A stretch of 64,000 nucleotides of DNA from a virus. Position numbers and translations under genes: made by a program. The DNA is taken from positions 1 through 64,000 of IMG/VR virus record IMGVR_UViG_3300025759_000073. One strand, written 5' to 3'. The first letter of the stretch is position 1, and the number at the start of each line of letters is the position of its first letter. The notes below the pieces were generated by a model. It made no database searches. It was not told where the DNA came from and was given only the letters and a program-made list of their open reading frames with translations. Positions 52,866 to 63,046 of this stretch are shown piece after piece.

Positions 52866-54038
52866 CTTAAATGTGAATGAATCTTTTTCTCTTTTTCTAA
52901 CAGGATTTGCCAAGTTAGCAACTGCGATCAAGTTCTTGTATTCGTCATAAATGCCAATTTTGGTGATATAAGTGATCTTTTCAAACGAACCGGTGGTCTG
53001 TGTAAAAGAAGAAGACACGATATTCTTGATTGCTCTTTCTGGATTTTCTTTGTAATAAAGAGAGCCCGTTGTAATTGTCGGTAATGTTGAGCTAGAAGAG
53101 ATAAAAGTTGGATTATTTGAGTAATTCAATTCTCCTCTGTTGGCGTGAGCTAGCATAGTTAAGTTTGGAATCTTCTCTGTTGCTTGAAAGTCCAAAGTAT
53201 AGCTGGAAGAAGGCGTTGAGATACCTGTAAAAGTCTCTGATAAGGCACTTCCGTAGTAAATCCACTTGGGATTGTCGTTTCCATCGCCGGTGTAATCTTC
53301 TTGGTGGCTGGCATCCAAGGCCCAAGCCCCTGTGAGAAGGATAAACCCTTCATTATAAAGAACCAGTCCTGCTACTTTACCATCATTTGCTGCGATTGTT
53401 CCGGAAACTTGAACCAATTCGCCTCTTTCGTTTTTATAATCTGTCAATTCCGCAACCATTGTGCCAGAGACATAATATTTTAAAGAAACAGAGCCCTTTT
53501 TAATGTTATTTCCAGTAATAATTGCAGGAATATTGATCAAATTAACGTTTTCTTCGTCCAAATTCCTTGTTCTATAGGCCGAACCAGCAGGGATCTGACC
53601 TGAATAATTGAAATGAGGGCTCATCGGGCGATAATGATTGATTGTATTCTTCAAAGAGCGCAGCTTGTGTTTTACAGAAGTGTCGCCACTTTCAAAATAA
53701 AACAAACTGATCGACGAAGAAAGTGGATAAGACCCTGTAATGGAGCCCGTAATCTGCTGAACCTGAGAAGCTGTCGGCAAAGTGGATAAAGCAAATGTCT
53801 GATCATACCTAGGATAAACAAAAGGATAGATCAAATTGCCAGAAGCTCGGTTGACGTTTAGTTCGTAAAGGTTGACATAGCCCGGTGGAACATTTGTAAC
53901 GCTAGACGAGTAAGTTCCAGACATTGGCTCATGTTCATTAAGGTAGAGATCATTCTGATAAATGAAAAAATTATAGGAAGGTCTCGCTACCAAAGTATTA
54001 AGCAGGGTGTCGCCCTTGTTAAATTTATACAAAGACAC
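52848..54038 (-). CDS. virion structural protein (tail-collar-like C-terminus)
   Basis: NYSNNPTF...YITKIGIYD...LIAVA.L..PV.K...FKLKMDL; paralog of 54058-55188. Confidence 0.65.
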   Translation of the reverse strand: MSLYKFNKGDTLLNTLVARPSYNFFIYQNDLYLNEHEPMSGTYSSSVTNVPPGYVNLYELNVNRASGNLIYPFVYPRYDQTFALSTLPTASQVQQITGSITGSYPLSSSISLFYFESGDTSVKHKLRSLKNTINHYRPMSPHFNYSGQIPAGSAYRTRNLDEENVNLINIPAIITGNNIKKGSVSLKYYVSGTMVAELTDYKNERGELVQVSGTIAANDGKVAGLVLYNEGFILLTGAWALDASHQEDYTGDGNDNPKWIYYGSALSETFTGISTPSSSYTLDFQATEKIPNLTMLAHANRGELNYSNNPTFISSSSTLPTITTGSLYYKENPERAIKNIVSSSFTQTTGSFEKITYITKIGIYDEYKNLIAVANLANPVRKREKDSFTFKLKMDL

Positions 54039-54057
54039 TTTTTACCTCCTTAATAGT

Positions 54058-55188
54058 TTAGTAGTCAAGGCGCACTTTGATTTTCAAGGCTTGTGCGGGG
54101 TTGTTTTCAATTGGCTTGGAAAGCTTTGCAACTGCAAGAAGCTGATCCGCCCCATTGTAAAGGCCGACAGTAGTGATATATGCCTTGGGAGGAGATTGTG
54201 GGTCGTTTCCTTTAACTCTAATCTTGCTTCCGGTCAGATAAGTTGGGTTAGCACTGAAGTTGAAATCTTCCGGCTCAATATCGCAAAAGTACATTGTCGA
54301 AACCAAGTTCGTAGTGTTGTTGAATGTCATATTGTACATTCTTCTGCGAAGTCCAGTTGCAACCTCTTCGATCGAACCCGAAGTCAAAATCTCGTGAATA
54401 TCTTCTTGTCTAGACGAAGAAGAAAGCCAAAGCAGGTTATTGGTAGACGCACTCATAATCCCGCCATTGGCAGATGGCATAAACATCGAAGCAGAAAGAA
54501 CTGCAACACCTGCTTGGTAGTAAATCAAACCACAAGGAGCAGTTTTATCTGTCGGATCAATACCAACGCCGTCCAAAGGAGTTCCTGTGGAGTTGTTTGC
54601 ATAAAGAATGCCATACTCTCCCTTGGGGGAGTTTACTTTGTAAGAAGAAGTTCCGTTAAGGTCTTTGATCTTGATTCTTTGTTCAAACGGAGCACTATAT
54701 CCAGCATCTGATCCGGAAACGCCAAGCTCCAACTCAAACGTTCCTTTTTGAATTCCGTCTTTTGCCAAAAGACGAGCAACGTTGATTGTGATGACTTCAT
54801 CAAACTTTGCACCACCGGTAAGGTCGCCGTCTTTGTCGAAACGATGAATGTTATTGTTAATGTCAAAACCAACAAGAACTTGTGCCATTTCATTATAAAT
54901 GTTGTTCTTCTTGGAGCCGGACACTTCCCCAGTAACACCATCCAAGTCGGAGTTTGTTCCATACCCAGCAGTCAAATCAAAAAGATGGTTTGCCGAGGAG
55001 GAAGCATAAGGATAGTCGTAAACAGATTGGAACATCTCGTGAGTATACTCTTTAATGTTCGAGGTTGTTCCTGCGCCGTTCGGTTCTGCGTATGTCCCAG
55101 ACACAATTGAGCCAGTAATAGGGATGGATTCCCTTAGTTTGGTTGTAATTGGTTGAGTTTTGGTAATTTTTTTAGTCGTACCAGCCAT
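54058..55188 (-). CDS. virion structural protein (tail-collar-like C-terminus)
   Basis: FNFSANPTY...YITTVGLYN...LLAVAKLSKP...KVRLDY. Confidence 0.65.
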   Translation of the reverse strand: MAGTTKKITKTQPITTKLRESIPITGSIVSGTYAEPNGAGTTSNIKEYTHEMFQSVYDYPYASSSANHLFDLTAGYGTNSDLDGVTGEVSGSKKNNIYNEMAQVLVGFDINNNIHRFDKDGDLTGGAKFDEVITINVARLLAKDGIQKGTFELELGVSGSDAGYSAPFEQRIKIKDLNGTSSYKVNSPKGEYGILYANNSTGTPLDGVGIDPTDKTAPCGLIYYQAGVAVLSASMFMPSANGGIMSASTNNLLWLSSSSRQEDIHEILTSGSIEEVATGLRRRMYNMTFNNTTNLVSTMYFCDIEPEDFNFSANPTYLTGSKIRVKGNDPQSPPKAYITTVGLYNGADQLLAVAKLSKPIENNPAQALKIKVRLDY

Positions 55189-55204
55189 TTTTTATCCCTT
55201 TGAA

Positions 55205-56131
55205 TTAAATTTCTTTGATAAATCTTAATGGAATATCCAATTGATATCCTGTAACTTTTGCTCGAACTCGAATGATAGCATCAATAAAGTAAAGATCGTC
55301 TGACCCGGATGCCCCAAAGGTTGTTGAACTCATTGTTCCGCCAAGCTCCGTAAAGATTGTAGTGGAAGTAGTGAGAAGTTCGGAAGCTTTAATCTTGAAT
55401 TGCAGGAAAGTTCCTCTTGGCCCCAAGATTGTCATAAATTTTGAATCAGTGTCGTTGCTGATTGGCTGAACGAAAACTGTTTCCCCACCATCAGACTCCA
55501 AAGACATATCATAAAATGCAACGTTGTCGTCGTCAATGAAAGTCAAAGGAGCATTAACAGCAGTAGTCCCAACTGAGACCACAGATCCAAAGCGGTTGTC
55601 CAGTTCGGCAACATATCCAGTTTCAAAAAACTCTGGACTCAAAGATTGCTTTGGCGAGATAAGGTCTGTGTCCAAACCTTGGTGCAAAAGAACAAAAGTG
55701 TCTTGCTCAGTCGGGTTTGCACCGGCGAGAACACCCTGAACTGTGGTGTTATTGGTGAAGATTAAATCTTCTGTGTTTTTGTCAACACAAACCGCAAAAT
55801 ACCCACCAGATGCTTTTTGAGTATTTCTTTGAAGCTCATTCAACTTCACAATTGGCATAAATAAAGTATTGTTGTTTGTCATTGAGACCAAACGATACTT
55901 CAAGCCAATTGAGCTTTCAGTAGATGCTTCAAAAACAGGCAACTGACGTAAAGAAGTAGACTCGGTTCCAGTGCTAGCAGTAGCATCATAAAGGCTGTAA
56001 TCAATCTCGTCATCGCCCAAAGCAAAATGCGTAATCTTATAACTTCCATCTGCTCTTGAAAGCAGGTCTCTTCCTAGGTCTGTAAGGACTGCATCTAAAA
56101 TAATGTCCCCACTGTTGTCAATAAAACCCAT
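55205..56131 (-). CDS. virion structural protein (tail-collar-like N-terminus)
   Basis: ILDAVLTDLGRDLL...ITHFALGDDEIDY. Confidence 0.65.
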   Translation of the reverse strand: MGFIDNSGDIILDAVLTDLGRDLLSRADGSYKITHFALGDDEIDYSLYDATASTGTESTSLRQLPVFEASTESSIGLKYRLVSMTNNNTLFMPIVKLNELQRNTQKASGGYFAVCVDKNTEDLIFTNNTTVQGVLAGANPTEQDTFVLLHQGLDTDLISPKQSLSPEFFETGYVAELDNRFGSVVSVGTTAVNAPLTFIDDDNVAFYDMSLESDGGETVFVQPISNDTDSKFMTILGPRGTFLQFKIKASELLTTSTTIFTELGGTMSSTTFGASGSDDLYFIDAIIRVRAKVTGYQLDIPLRFIKEI

Positions 56132-56160
56132 TTTTAGTCTCCTAATTTATAAAACTTAAA

Positions 56161-56168
56161 ATAAATAG
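56161..56168 (-). promoter_or_regulatory. candidate late promoter motif CTATTTAT
   Basis: Intergenic copy 30 nt upstream of the 55205-56131 start. Confidence 0.65.
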
Positions 56169-56172
56169 TCTT

Positions 56173-59100
56173 TTATTCTTCTTTTCGTTTAAAGAAGTCA
56201 CTATCTTCTAGGATTGGTGTTGATTGTCCTAACTCTTGTGTTGGTCTTTCGCTTTCTGGTAGGGTTGCCATATTTGTCCTGTCTTCTTCGCTTATAACGC
56301 CATAGCCTGCCACGTCTGATGCGGTAACTACATCTCCAACATATTTTTTTGTAAAATCAAAGTTAATATCTACTTTTTTGCCGGACGATTTTGATGTAAT
56401 CCTAACTTTAAACTTTTTACCCCAAGCGTTATCCACTCCTGAACCCAAAGGCGCAACACCTCCAAGCCCCAATCCATATGCTGATTTAAAATTATCAGTT
56501 ATATCTGTATCTATAATTGTGTTTTCAAAACTTGGTTTGATTTCCAAGTATTTTCTGAACGATTGTGTATATTGATAATAATCTTTATCTTCCAATTGAA
56601 TTACTTTGAACTCTGGGAATATAAACCCAGCCTGATCGTTAACAACAACTTCATAAACCGGCGATGGGTTTGAAAGGTTGTCGTGGACATCCATCGATCT
56701 AAAAGTGTAATAATACTTTTTATTTGGCAGCAAGCGGTCTCTATAGGTTGCTCCGGCATATTTTCCTTGAAGGTCGATCTCTCTTCTTATTTGTTGATCA
56801 AAGTCTTTGTACGACTTTGGCCTCTCTTCCAATCGGAATATTTGAAACTTTCTATTTTCATCGTCTGTTTTGAAAAGCAACCTTCCGTTCCGATCAGTTC
56901 CCTTGCTTTTGATCAGATTATTAAAATAATCTTCTTCAATGTCGTTAAAAGGAATTGGCTTTTCATACATTCTTGTAGTTTGCGTTTTCAAACTAATAAA
57001 GATTTGATTGTTCTTGCCTTTCACGCCGGAAAAATGAACTTCCGGATAGATTGGAGGATTTTCCAAAACTTTCCCTTCGATAGAGAATAGCGGCACCTCC
57101 ATAAGAACAATATAATCAGATGTACTAATTTTTATCTTATCAAAATCCGTTGTGAATAAATTTCTTCCCTGTGCTATTTCAAAGTTTCTTATTGCGGTAT
57201 TGAAATATTCATTTGTAGTTGCTGTGATTTCTTTTCGCAAATCAGATGTAGTTGTGAGCCCCTCTGTTATAAGAAGACCGGTTGTAAACAAAAGAACAAA
57301 ATTAACCATAGCGTCTCTATAGCCCGCAATTGGGAAGCCCAATTGTTGCTGCGCCTGTGGGTTGGAAAAGATACTTTTTGTTGTCCCCCCTCCAGAGTTA
57401 ATATAGAAATCATAAACGACCGTGTCAATTTGCTTAAACAACTGATCATAATAGCCGCGCCTACCACTGGCGGAAGTAAATCCTGTAAAATACTTCTGAA
57501 AGTCAAGCTGTGCATTTTGTAAATTTCTAAAAAGATTTTGGAAATCTAAAAGTATTGCCAAGATAGTGAGATTGAATGCTTGTTTCTGTCCTGAACTTTT
57601 ATAGTTTGAGGTATTTGTTTTTTCCCATTGCCTAATGTATGTCAAAATACGATTTTCAAAAGTGTCTAAACCTTTTCCAAGATTTGCGGCTAGTTTAATT
57701 TTGGGGCTGTTTATAAAAAATTCCGTTCTCAAATCTCTCATCAAGTTCATGAACGTCTTCCATCTAAAAGCATTTTTATCGTCTGCATAAAACGGAGAGT
57801 AATAATATTTCTTTGCTAATACAAGAGGATAAGCGCTAATCTCGTACTCGTATTGCTTATCATACTTAACTTGTGCATCAAAAAAGTTCAACAATTTTCT
57901 TCTTGTTTTGCTTTCTTCTGCCGGTGATGGTAATATAAATGTTTGAAGTTGATTACCATTTCGATCTTTTTTAACGATCTTGTAAAACAAAATTTCGTGA
58001 GGGGTCTCACTTGAATCAATAAAACACTGCTTTGCTGTTAAACTATTTTTATTGACCAAATTTTTGAAACCTATATTAGCTGCCTCCAGCATAAGGTCTT
58101 GAAAAAACTTATAAGTTGTATTATTTTGATATTTTTGTATTGCTTCGCTGGATTCTCCCAGAACGGTCACATTTTTATTGTTGGCTATGTTTAAAATATT
58201 TTTAAGAACTGTTTGTGATTGCTTTTTATAATCTAAAAAGAAATCTGTCAGATCCCAAGTCTTATAGCCCACCTTGTCTAGAGAAAAATCCAAAGGCAAT
58301 TTTGCTTTCCCTACATTTCCAAACTCAACAAAAGAAAGTTGAGAAATGTATTCAAGACTATCAAACTTTGATATACTGCTAGCGGTCAAGTTATTGACAC
58401 TTTCTTGTGTTAATTGCCCACCTACTCGCTGTGTAGTGTTTCCTTCTGACCGGATCACCAAGTCATACAAATTTAAATCAGTATTTGTTTTTTTGAAAAG
58501 GTTTTTGAAGTCATCCAGATCATCTTCTTTCCCAGTAAGAGTTGGGGGCTCGTATGGAAACTCCAAATAAAAACCAAAGTTTGCACCACCTCTATATTGT
58601 TCTGCTAATTGATTATATTCAATAACATCATCTTGGGTTACAACATAGTTTTTTGCTTTATTCTTTGTAGTTTGTGGCGCATTTTTAAAGTAATCTTCTT
58701 TTGCCGGAAGATAGCCATTTTGATATTCTTGAAAACTAAAATTAATAGTATTCATTCTATTTTTTAGCTTTACCTCATCTCCGCCATACGACATAAGTTC
58801 CAAATATTCTTTATCAAAGTTTTTAACATCTTGATCTGTCAAACTTTCCTTCAAGAAAGAAAACATATGTGCATTTGGGATAATCCACTCTTCTTGATTT
58901 GTTCTTTCGATTAGTTTTTCATAATCTCTCAAATAAAAGTTGTAAACAAATTCAGATTGAAAAGTAGAAATCCTAGGATCATTATCAACAAATCCGGATT
59001 GATGATCTGGCCTTCCAGAGGAGACTTGGTTTTGCCTTACTTCCTCTTGAGAGAAAGGTATGTCTAAGACAAAGTTCAAATAAACAAATTCTTTTCCTTT

Positions 59101-59499
59101 AACGTACTTTTCAAAATCTGATAATGCTTTCGTCTCTTTACTTGAAGGTACGTCAAAAGAAATGGTATCTTTATTGACTTCTGTCGTGCTAGACTTAACT
59201 TGCCCACTAGCGACATCTTTGATCAGAGAGCTAACATCTCCTGTCTGGGAAGTTATGAAGCTATCAAAACCATAGCCGTCCACCGAAGAGCGAAAGATAT
59301 CAACACTACTGCCCAAAGAACCAAAATAAATGTCTTTGGAAATAATTCTCAAATGTTTTGAACGAAGGTTCTTGCCTTTTATAATATTCGGTTGTGATTT
59401 AACCGGTGTAAATGGCAAGCCAGTGCTCGGGCCGGTTGGCTTACTCTTTTTAGCAGCAGACTCTTCTTGGCAAATATTAGTAATTTTTGTATTAGCCAT
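56173..59499 (-). CDS. large putative virion protein with FnIII-like segments
   Basis: 1108 aa; FFDAQVKYDKQYEYEI and LLPNKKYYYTFRS.D...N.SNPS. Confidence 0.6.
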   Translation of the reverse strand: MANTKITNICQEESAAKKSKPTGPSTGLPFTPVKSQPNIIKGKNLRSKHLRIISKDIYFGSLGSSVDIFRSSVDGYGFDSFITSQTGDVSSLIKDVASGQVKSSTTEVNKDTISFDVPSSKETKALSDFEKYVKGKEFVYLNFVLDIPFSQEEVRQNQVSSGRPDHQSGFVDNDPRISTFQSEFVYNFYLRDYEKLIERTNQEEWIIPNAHMFSFLKESLTDQDVKNFDKEYLELMSYGGDEVKLKNRMNTINFSFQEYQNGYLPAKEDYFKNAPQTTKNKAKNYVVTQDDVIEYNQLAEQYRGGANFGFYLEFPYEPPTLTGKEDDLDDFKNLFKKTNTDLNLYDLVIRSEGNTTQRVGGQLTQESVNNLTASSISKFDSLEYISQLSFVEFGNVGKAKLPLDFSLDKVGYKTWDLTDFFLDYKKQSQTVLKNILNIANNKNVTVLGESSEAIQKYQNNTTYKFFQDLMLEAANIGFKNLVNKNSLTAKQCFIDSSETPHEILFYKIVKKDRNGNQLQTFILPSPAEESKTRRKLLNFFDAQVKYDKQYEYEISAYPLVLAKKYYYSPFYADDKNAFRWKTFMNLMRDLRTEFFINSPKIKLAANLGKGLDTFENRILTYIRQWEKTNTSNYKSSGQKQAFNLTILAILLDFQNLFRNLQNAQLDFQKYFTGFTSASGRRGYYDQLFKQIDTVVYDFYINSGGGTTKSIFSNPQAQQQLGFPIAGYRDAMVNFVLLFTTGLLITEGLTTTSDLRKEITATTNEYFNTAIRNFEIAQGRNLFTTDFDKIKISTSDYIVLMEVPLFSIEGKVLENPPIYPEVHFSGVKGKNNQIFISLKTQTTRMYEKPIPFNDIEEDYFNNLIKSKGTDRNGRLLFKTDDENRKFQIFRLEERPKSYKDFDQQIRREIDLQGKYAGATYRDRLLPNKKYYYTFRSMDVHDNLSNPSPVYEVVVNDQAGFIFPEFKVIQLEDKDYYQYTQSFRKYLEIKPSFENTIIDTDITDNFKSAYGLGLGGVAPLGSGVDNAWGKKFKVRITSKSSGKKVDINFDFTKKYVGDVVTASDVAGYGVISEEDRTNMATLPESERPTQELGQSTPILEDSDFFKRKEE

Positions 59500-59501
59500 T
59501 T

Positions 59502-61994
59502 TTATTCTCTAGACCTCTCTTCTCTAATGAAGTATTCATTATAAATAGCAAATTGAGAATCTTTTTGAACTGGCTTGGCTCTAAATAAATAAGTCTTTCC
59601 TTCTTCCAAAGGCTCACTGTATTCTAGGAATATAGGCGATCTCATAATATTTTCTTTGTTTGGGTTCTTTTGATATCCTGAAAGGTATTCCAGCCGGACT
59701 GTGGCGGTCGGAACTTCTGCGTCAACCTTGGAAAGCGCATCGTTAAAGGCAGCATTCTCAAAAGACATTCCTAAATTATCAGAGAAAATAAACTTTTTAT
59801 CACCTTCATCTAGTCTTTCTAACTGTTTTAGTTTTTTATCTGGCTGTTCACCGGTGGTTGCCGATGGAATAAAGTTGTAAACAATGCCTTGAGGAAAAGT
59901 CAATACTTCTTCTTTTTCTATTGTCTCTTGTTCGCCAGAGAAAAGAACTTCTTCATTATATTCAAACGCTTCATTATAGCTAGCAGGAACAAAAATGTTT
60001 TTAAATACAAATTTAATTGGTTCTAACCTAACTTGTCTAGTTTTGTTTTGGTTTGATTGGTTTTTCACATTTTTAGTTTCTAAATCTTTTGCGTTTGTCA
60101 ACTGCTGCAAAGAAACAACAAAATCTTCAATATTCTTTTGAAGATTTTTAAACTGCTCAACATCTGTATTGCTCAGATTGTAGCTTTGCATAAACTCTTC
60201 CCTAGTATAAGAAAGATTTGGGCTGTAAGTGACTTCTTCAAAAGAGAACATTTGTATTTCGCCGGCTGAAATAACATCTGTAAAAAGAGTTATGGGCGTG
60301 GTATAGCTTAAAACAACATCTTCACCGGTGAATTGGTCTTCTTCTTTTTTGAAGATCTCTTCTTTTACTCTTTTTCTTTTCAAAGTAAGAGCGCCAATTG
60401 CAAAATCAGCTAAAAAGTTGGTAGTTAAAGCATCGTAAACTTCATTTGCGACTTGATCAATGTCCTTTTGCATGCCATTTCCGCCAGTTTCAGCGAAACT
60501 TCTAGAAAACTCTCTTGTTACTTTATCGTAATTTTCTTCTTTTTTGGCCTCTTCGAATGCGTTATTCAACAACCTTTGAGAGTCTGTCAGTCTTTTGATC
60601 AAAGTTTCCACATTCTGCTTGAATGTTTCTGAAATTTTGACTTCCAATGAGTATTGATGGCGACCAGAGACCACTGTCGCGGCTCCTCTGTCGTATATTT
60701 CAAATGTTTTTACTGTATCCCCTGTTAACCCTTTTTGAACAAAATCTAAAAGGCTTTCTGGAAGTTCTGAATGTTGTTTAATAAGCTCAAACAGATCCAA
60801 AGAAAACAAAACCTTTACATCTCCGCTCTTTTCCTTTGATAAATAAATATCAGAATTTGGAGTTGGGATTTGAACTGTTTGTATCTTCTTATTCAAGCCA
60901 ATATCCAACTTTTTATCTACTGTTTTTAAATTACTTACAACCGGCTTCAACAGATCATCAGAGAGATCTTGCTTTGAGAACAAAACATCCATAAAGAAAA
61001 GCTGTCTGGGTATAAACGTGAAGTCTGCCCTCAGATTATCCGCTGCATAATATTTCTGATTTTCAAAGAAAAAGGAAAACGCACCGTTCCAAAACTCTTG
61101 GGAGCCTTTATCAAAGTAGTAAGCTCTAATTCTCTTATAAGAAACAACTTCGGAATTAGATGTTTTCTCAATCTTTATTGCGTCCCACAGCCCATTGTTC
61201 TGATTATTCAACATATCTAATACTTGATTTTTCGTATTGTTCAAAAAATCTCTGGAAAAGTCAGGCTGACTGAAAAAAGTGCGAACTACGACATAATGCT
61301 CGTATTGGCCTGTTAAAAACTTCTCTGGTATTTCAATCTGCGCTTCAAAGAAATACTTATTTTCTAATTTATTGCTTTTATTTTCAAGATCAGTTATGCT
61401 TAAAAATGATTTCTTCTCTCTTTTAAAGTCAATTTGATTTGTATAGCCGACATAATCATCAAAAAGAGAAGTTCTTGTAATGCTTTCATTCTCTATTTCG
61501 TCTGTGTTCGGCACCAAATAAGCCTTGAATTTAAAATATTCTAGAAAATCTTCCCAAAACCACTCATCTGACAAGAAATCTCCAGAAACTTTAACTTTGA
61601 TTGACAAAACTTTGTTCAAAAGAGGACCACGGTCATTCAACTTAAGATCAATAATCTCTGGCATAGGGAAAGAAGCGTGAATAGTCTTCAAAAAAGGGTG
61701 TATGTCTCCGCCACCACTTAAAGAATTCAGAGCATTGGATAAGGCTGTTGGGTCTACAGTGGGCGCAACAGAGACAGTTTGCACTCCAGTTCCGTCTTCG
61801 GGCTGCTGCGAGGTTACAGACAAGGCAGACTGCAAATCTGTTGGTGCCCCTGCCGCTTGGCTCAGAATGTCGCCCGGATCTGGGAGTGGACTTTCTCCAA
61901 GCCCCGGCTCGGTCACTAATTGATTGCCGGCTTGGTTTCCCATTCCCGGATCAGCTAACCCCCCTATGAAATCATCATAGCCAAAATCTGACAT
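59502..61994 (-). CDS. large hypothetical protein (probably virion)
   Basis: 830-aa ORF coupled to neighbours; low-complexity N-terminus. Confidence 0.7.
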   Translation of the reverse strand: MSDFGYDDFIGGLADPGMGNQAGNQLVTEPGLGESPLPDPGDILSQAAGAPTDLQSALSVTSQQPEDGTGVQTVSVAPTVDPTALSNALNSLSGGGDIHPFLKTIHASFPMPEIIDLKLNDRGPLLNKVLSIKVKVSGDFLSDEWFWEDFLEYFKFKAYLVPNTDEIENESITRTSLFDDYVGYTNQIDFKREKKSFLSITDLENKSNKLENKYFFEAQIEIPEKFLTGQYEHYVVVRTFFSQPDFSRDFLNNTKNQVLDMLNNQNNGLWDAIKIEKTSNSEVVSYKRIRAYYFDKGSQEFWNGAFSFFFENQKYYAADNLRADFTFIPRQLFFMDVLFSKQDLSDDLLKPVVSNLKTVDKKLDIGLNKKIQTVQIPTPNSDIYLSKEKSGDVKVLFSLDLFELIKQHSELPESLLDFVQKGLTGDTVKTFEIYDRGAATVVSGRHQYSLEVKISETFKQNVETLIKRLTDSQRLLNNAFEEAKKEENYDKVTREFSRSFAETGGNGMQKDIDQVANEVYDALTTNFLADFAIGALTLKRKRVKEEIFKKEEDQFTGEDVVLSYTTPITLFTDVISAGEIQMFSFEEVTYSPNLSYTREEFMQSYNLSNTDVEQFKNLQKNIEDFVVSLQQLTNAKDLETKNVKNQSNQNKTRQVRLEPIKFVFKNIFVPASYNEAFEYNEEVLFSGEQETIEKEEVLTFPQGIVYNFIPSATTGEQPDKKLKQLERLDEGDKKFIFSDNLGMSFENAAFNDALSKVDAEVPTATVRLEYLSGYQKNPNKENIMRSPIFLEYSEPLEEGKTYLFRAKPVQKDSQFAIYNEYFIREERSRE
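59541..59548 (-). promoter_or_regulatory. candidate late promoter motif CTATTTAT at the 3' end of the upstream CDS
   Basis: 42 nt upstream of the 59499 start. Confidence 0.5.
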
Positions 61995-63046
61995 TATTCA
62001 CACTCCTCGTCCAACGTTGAAATAAACAAATCAATCCCACCTTCGCTTAAATTATTGTCATAAACAGATGTGGCTCTCTGCTCTGCCAACACTTCGTCAC
62101 AATTGATTGGATTTTTAAAGAAAAGAGTTGTGTCGTCTTTTTCTTCGTTTCTACAAACTAAAACCTGATCAACGTCCGCATCGTATGATATATCTAAATA
62201 ATAAGATACAAATCCATTGTTAACTTTGTCCAGTGAATCTAAAATTTCCGTATCAGGTTCGACCAAAAGATTATTTTGAATTTGTTTTTCTTCTTTCAAA
62301 AACTTCAATGGTACTAAAAATTCAGTATTCGTCGCAGATACAGGAGTTTCTTTTAAATCAACAACCTCAAACACTTCAATTTCAAAGTTATCTTTCAAAG
62401 AAAGTGTGTTTTTCTCCTCCACCTTTAATAAGATCTTGCCTTCTTTGATTTCCAAAGTTGTTCCATCTCCAAAAACAACTTCTGAATTGAAAAAAGCACT
62501 TTCTTCTCTTTCACAAGGCTCTAGATCATTGAATTGATCAACGTTTTCAGAGCTTGGTCGCACTTCGTATTGAATACTTTCTTGATCGATATTAATTTGC
62601 GGGATTGGAATATCTCTGCTCTCCGCCGATGCTGTTAAAAAGTTATTAGAACCTGTGATCTCTGCTGAGAAGCAAGAAATAGCCCAAGCAGGGGCGTTGT
62701 TATTTGTATTCCTAGAAGCTCCAAGTTGGTTTTCAAACGTTGAGTTAAAATCCATAAGCGGCAAAACATTCTTTTCAAACTCATCTGGAATAAGAATGGG
62801 ATTTTTTGCAAAACGATCTGCTTGTTCATAATCGTCAACATCTTTCATAAAGATTGTTTCGTTTTTAACACGATATTGAACATCGTTTTGAACTTCTGTT
62901 AAGCCACCTTTTGCGCCATCATACATAATTCCATCATCAAAAAAAGCATAATAAGCCGGCTTCATCATTCCCTTGGAAAGCAATTGGCGACCATAGGAAG
63001 TTAATTGAATTTCCATAACTTCTTCTTTTTTATCAAAAAATTCCAT
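61994..63046 (-). CDS. virion structural protein (N-terminus paralogous to 55205-56131)
   Basis: MEFFD...IQLTSYGRQLLSKG...YYAFFDD.I.YD. Confidence 0.65.
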   Translation of the reverse strand: MEFFDKKEEVMEIQLTSYGRQLLSKGMMKPAYYAFFDDGIMYDGAKGGLTEVQNDVQYRVKNETIFMKDVDDYEQADRFAKNPILIPDEFEKNVLPLMDFNSTFENQLGASRNTNNNAPAWAISCFSAEITGSNNFLTASAESRDIPIPQINIDQESIQYEVRPSSENVDQFNDLEPCEREESAFFNSEVVFGDGTTLEIKEGKILLKVEEKNTLSLKDNFEIEVFEVVDLKETPVSATNTEFLVPLKFLKEEKQIQNNLLVEPDTEILDSLDKVNNGFVSYYLDISYDADVDQVLVCRNEEKDDTTLFFKNPINCDEVLAEQRATSVYDNNLSEGGIDLFISTLDEECE

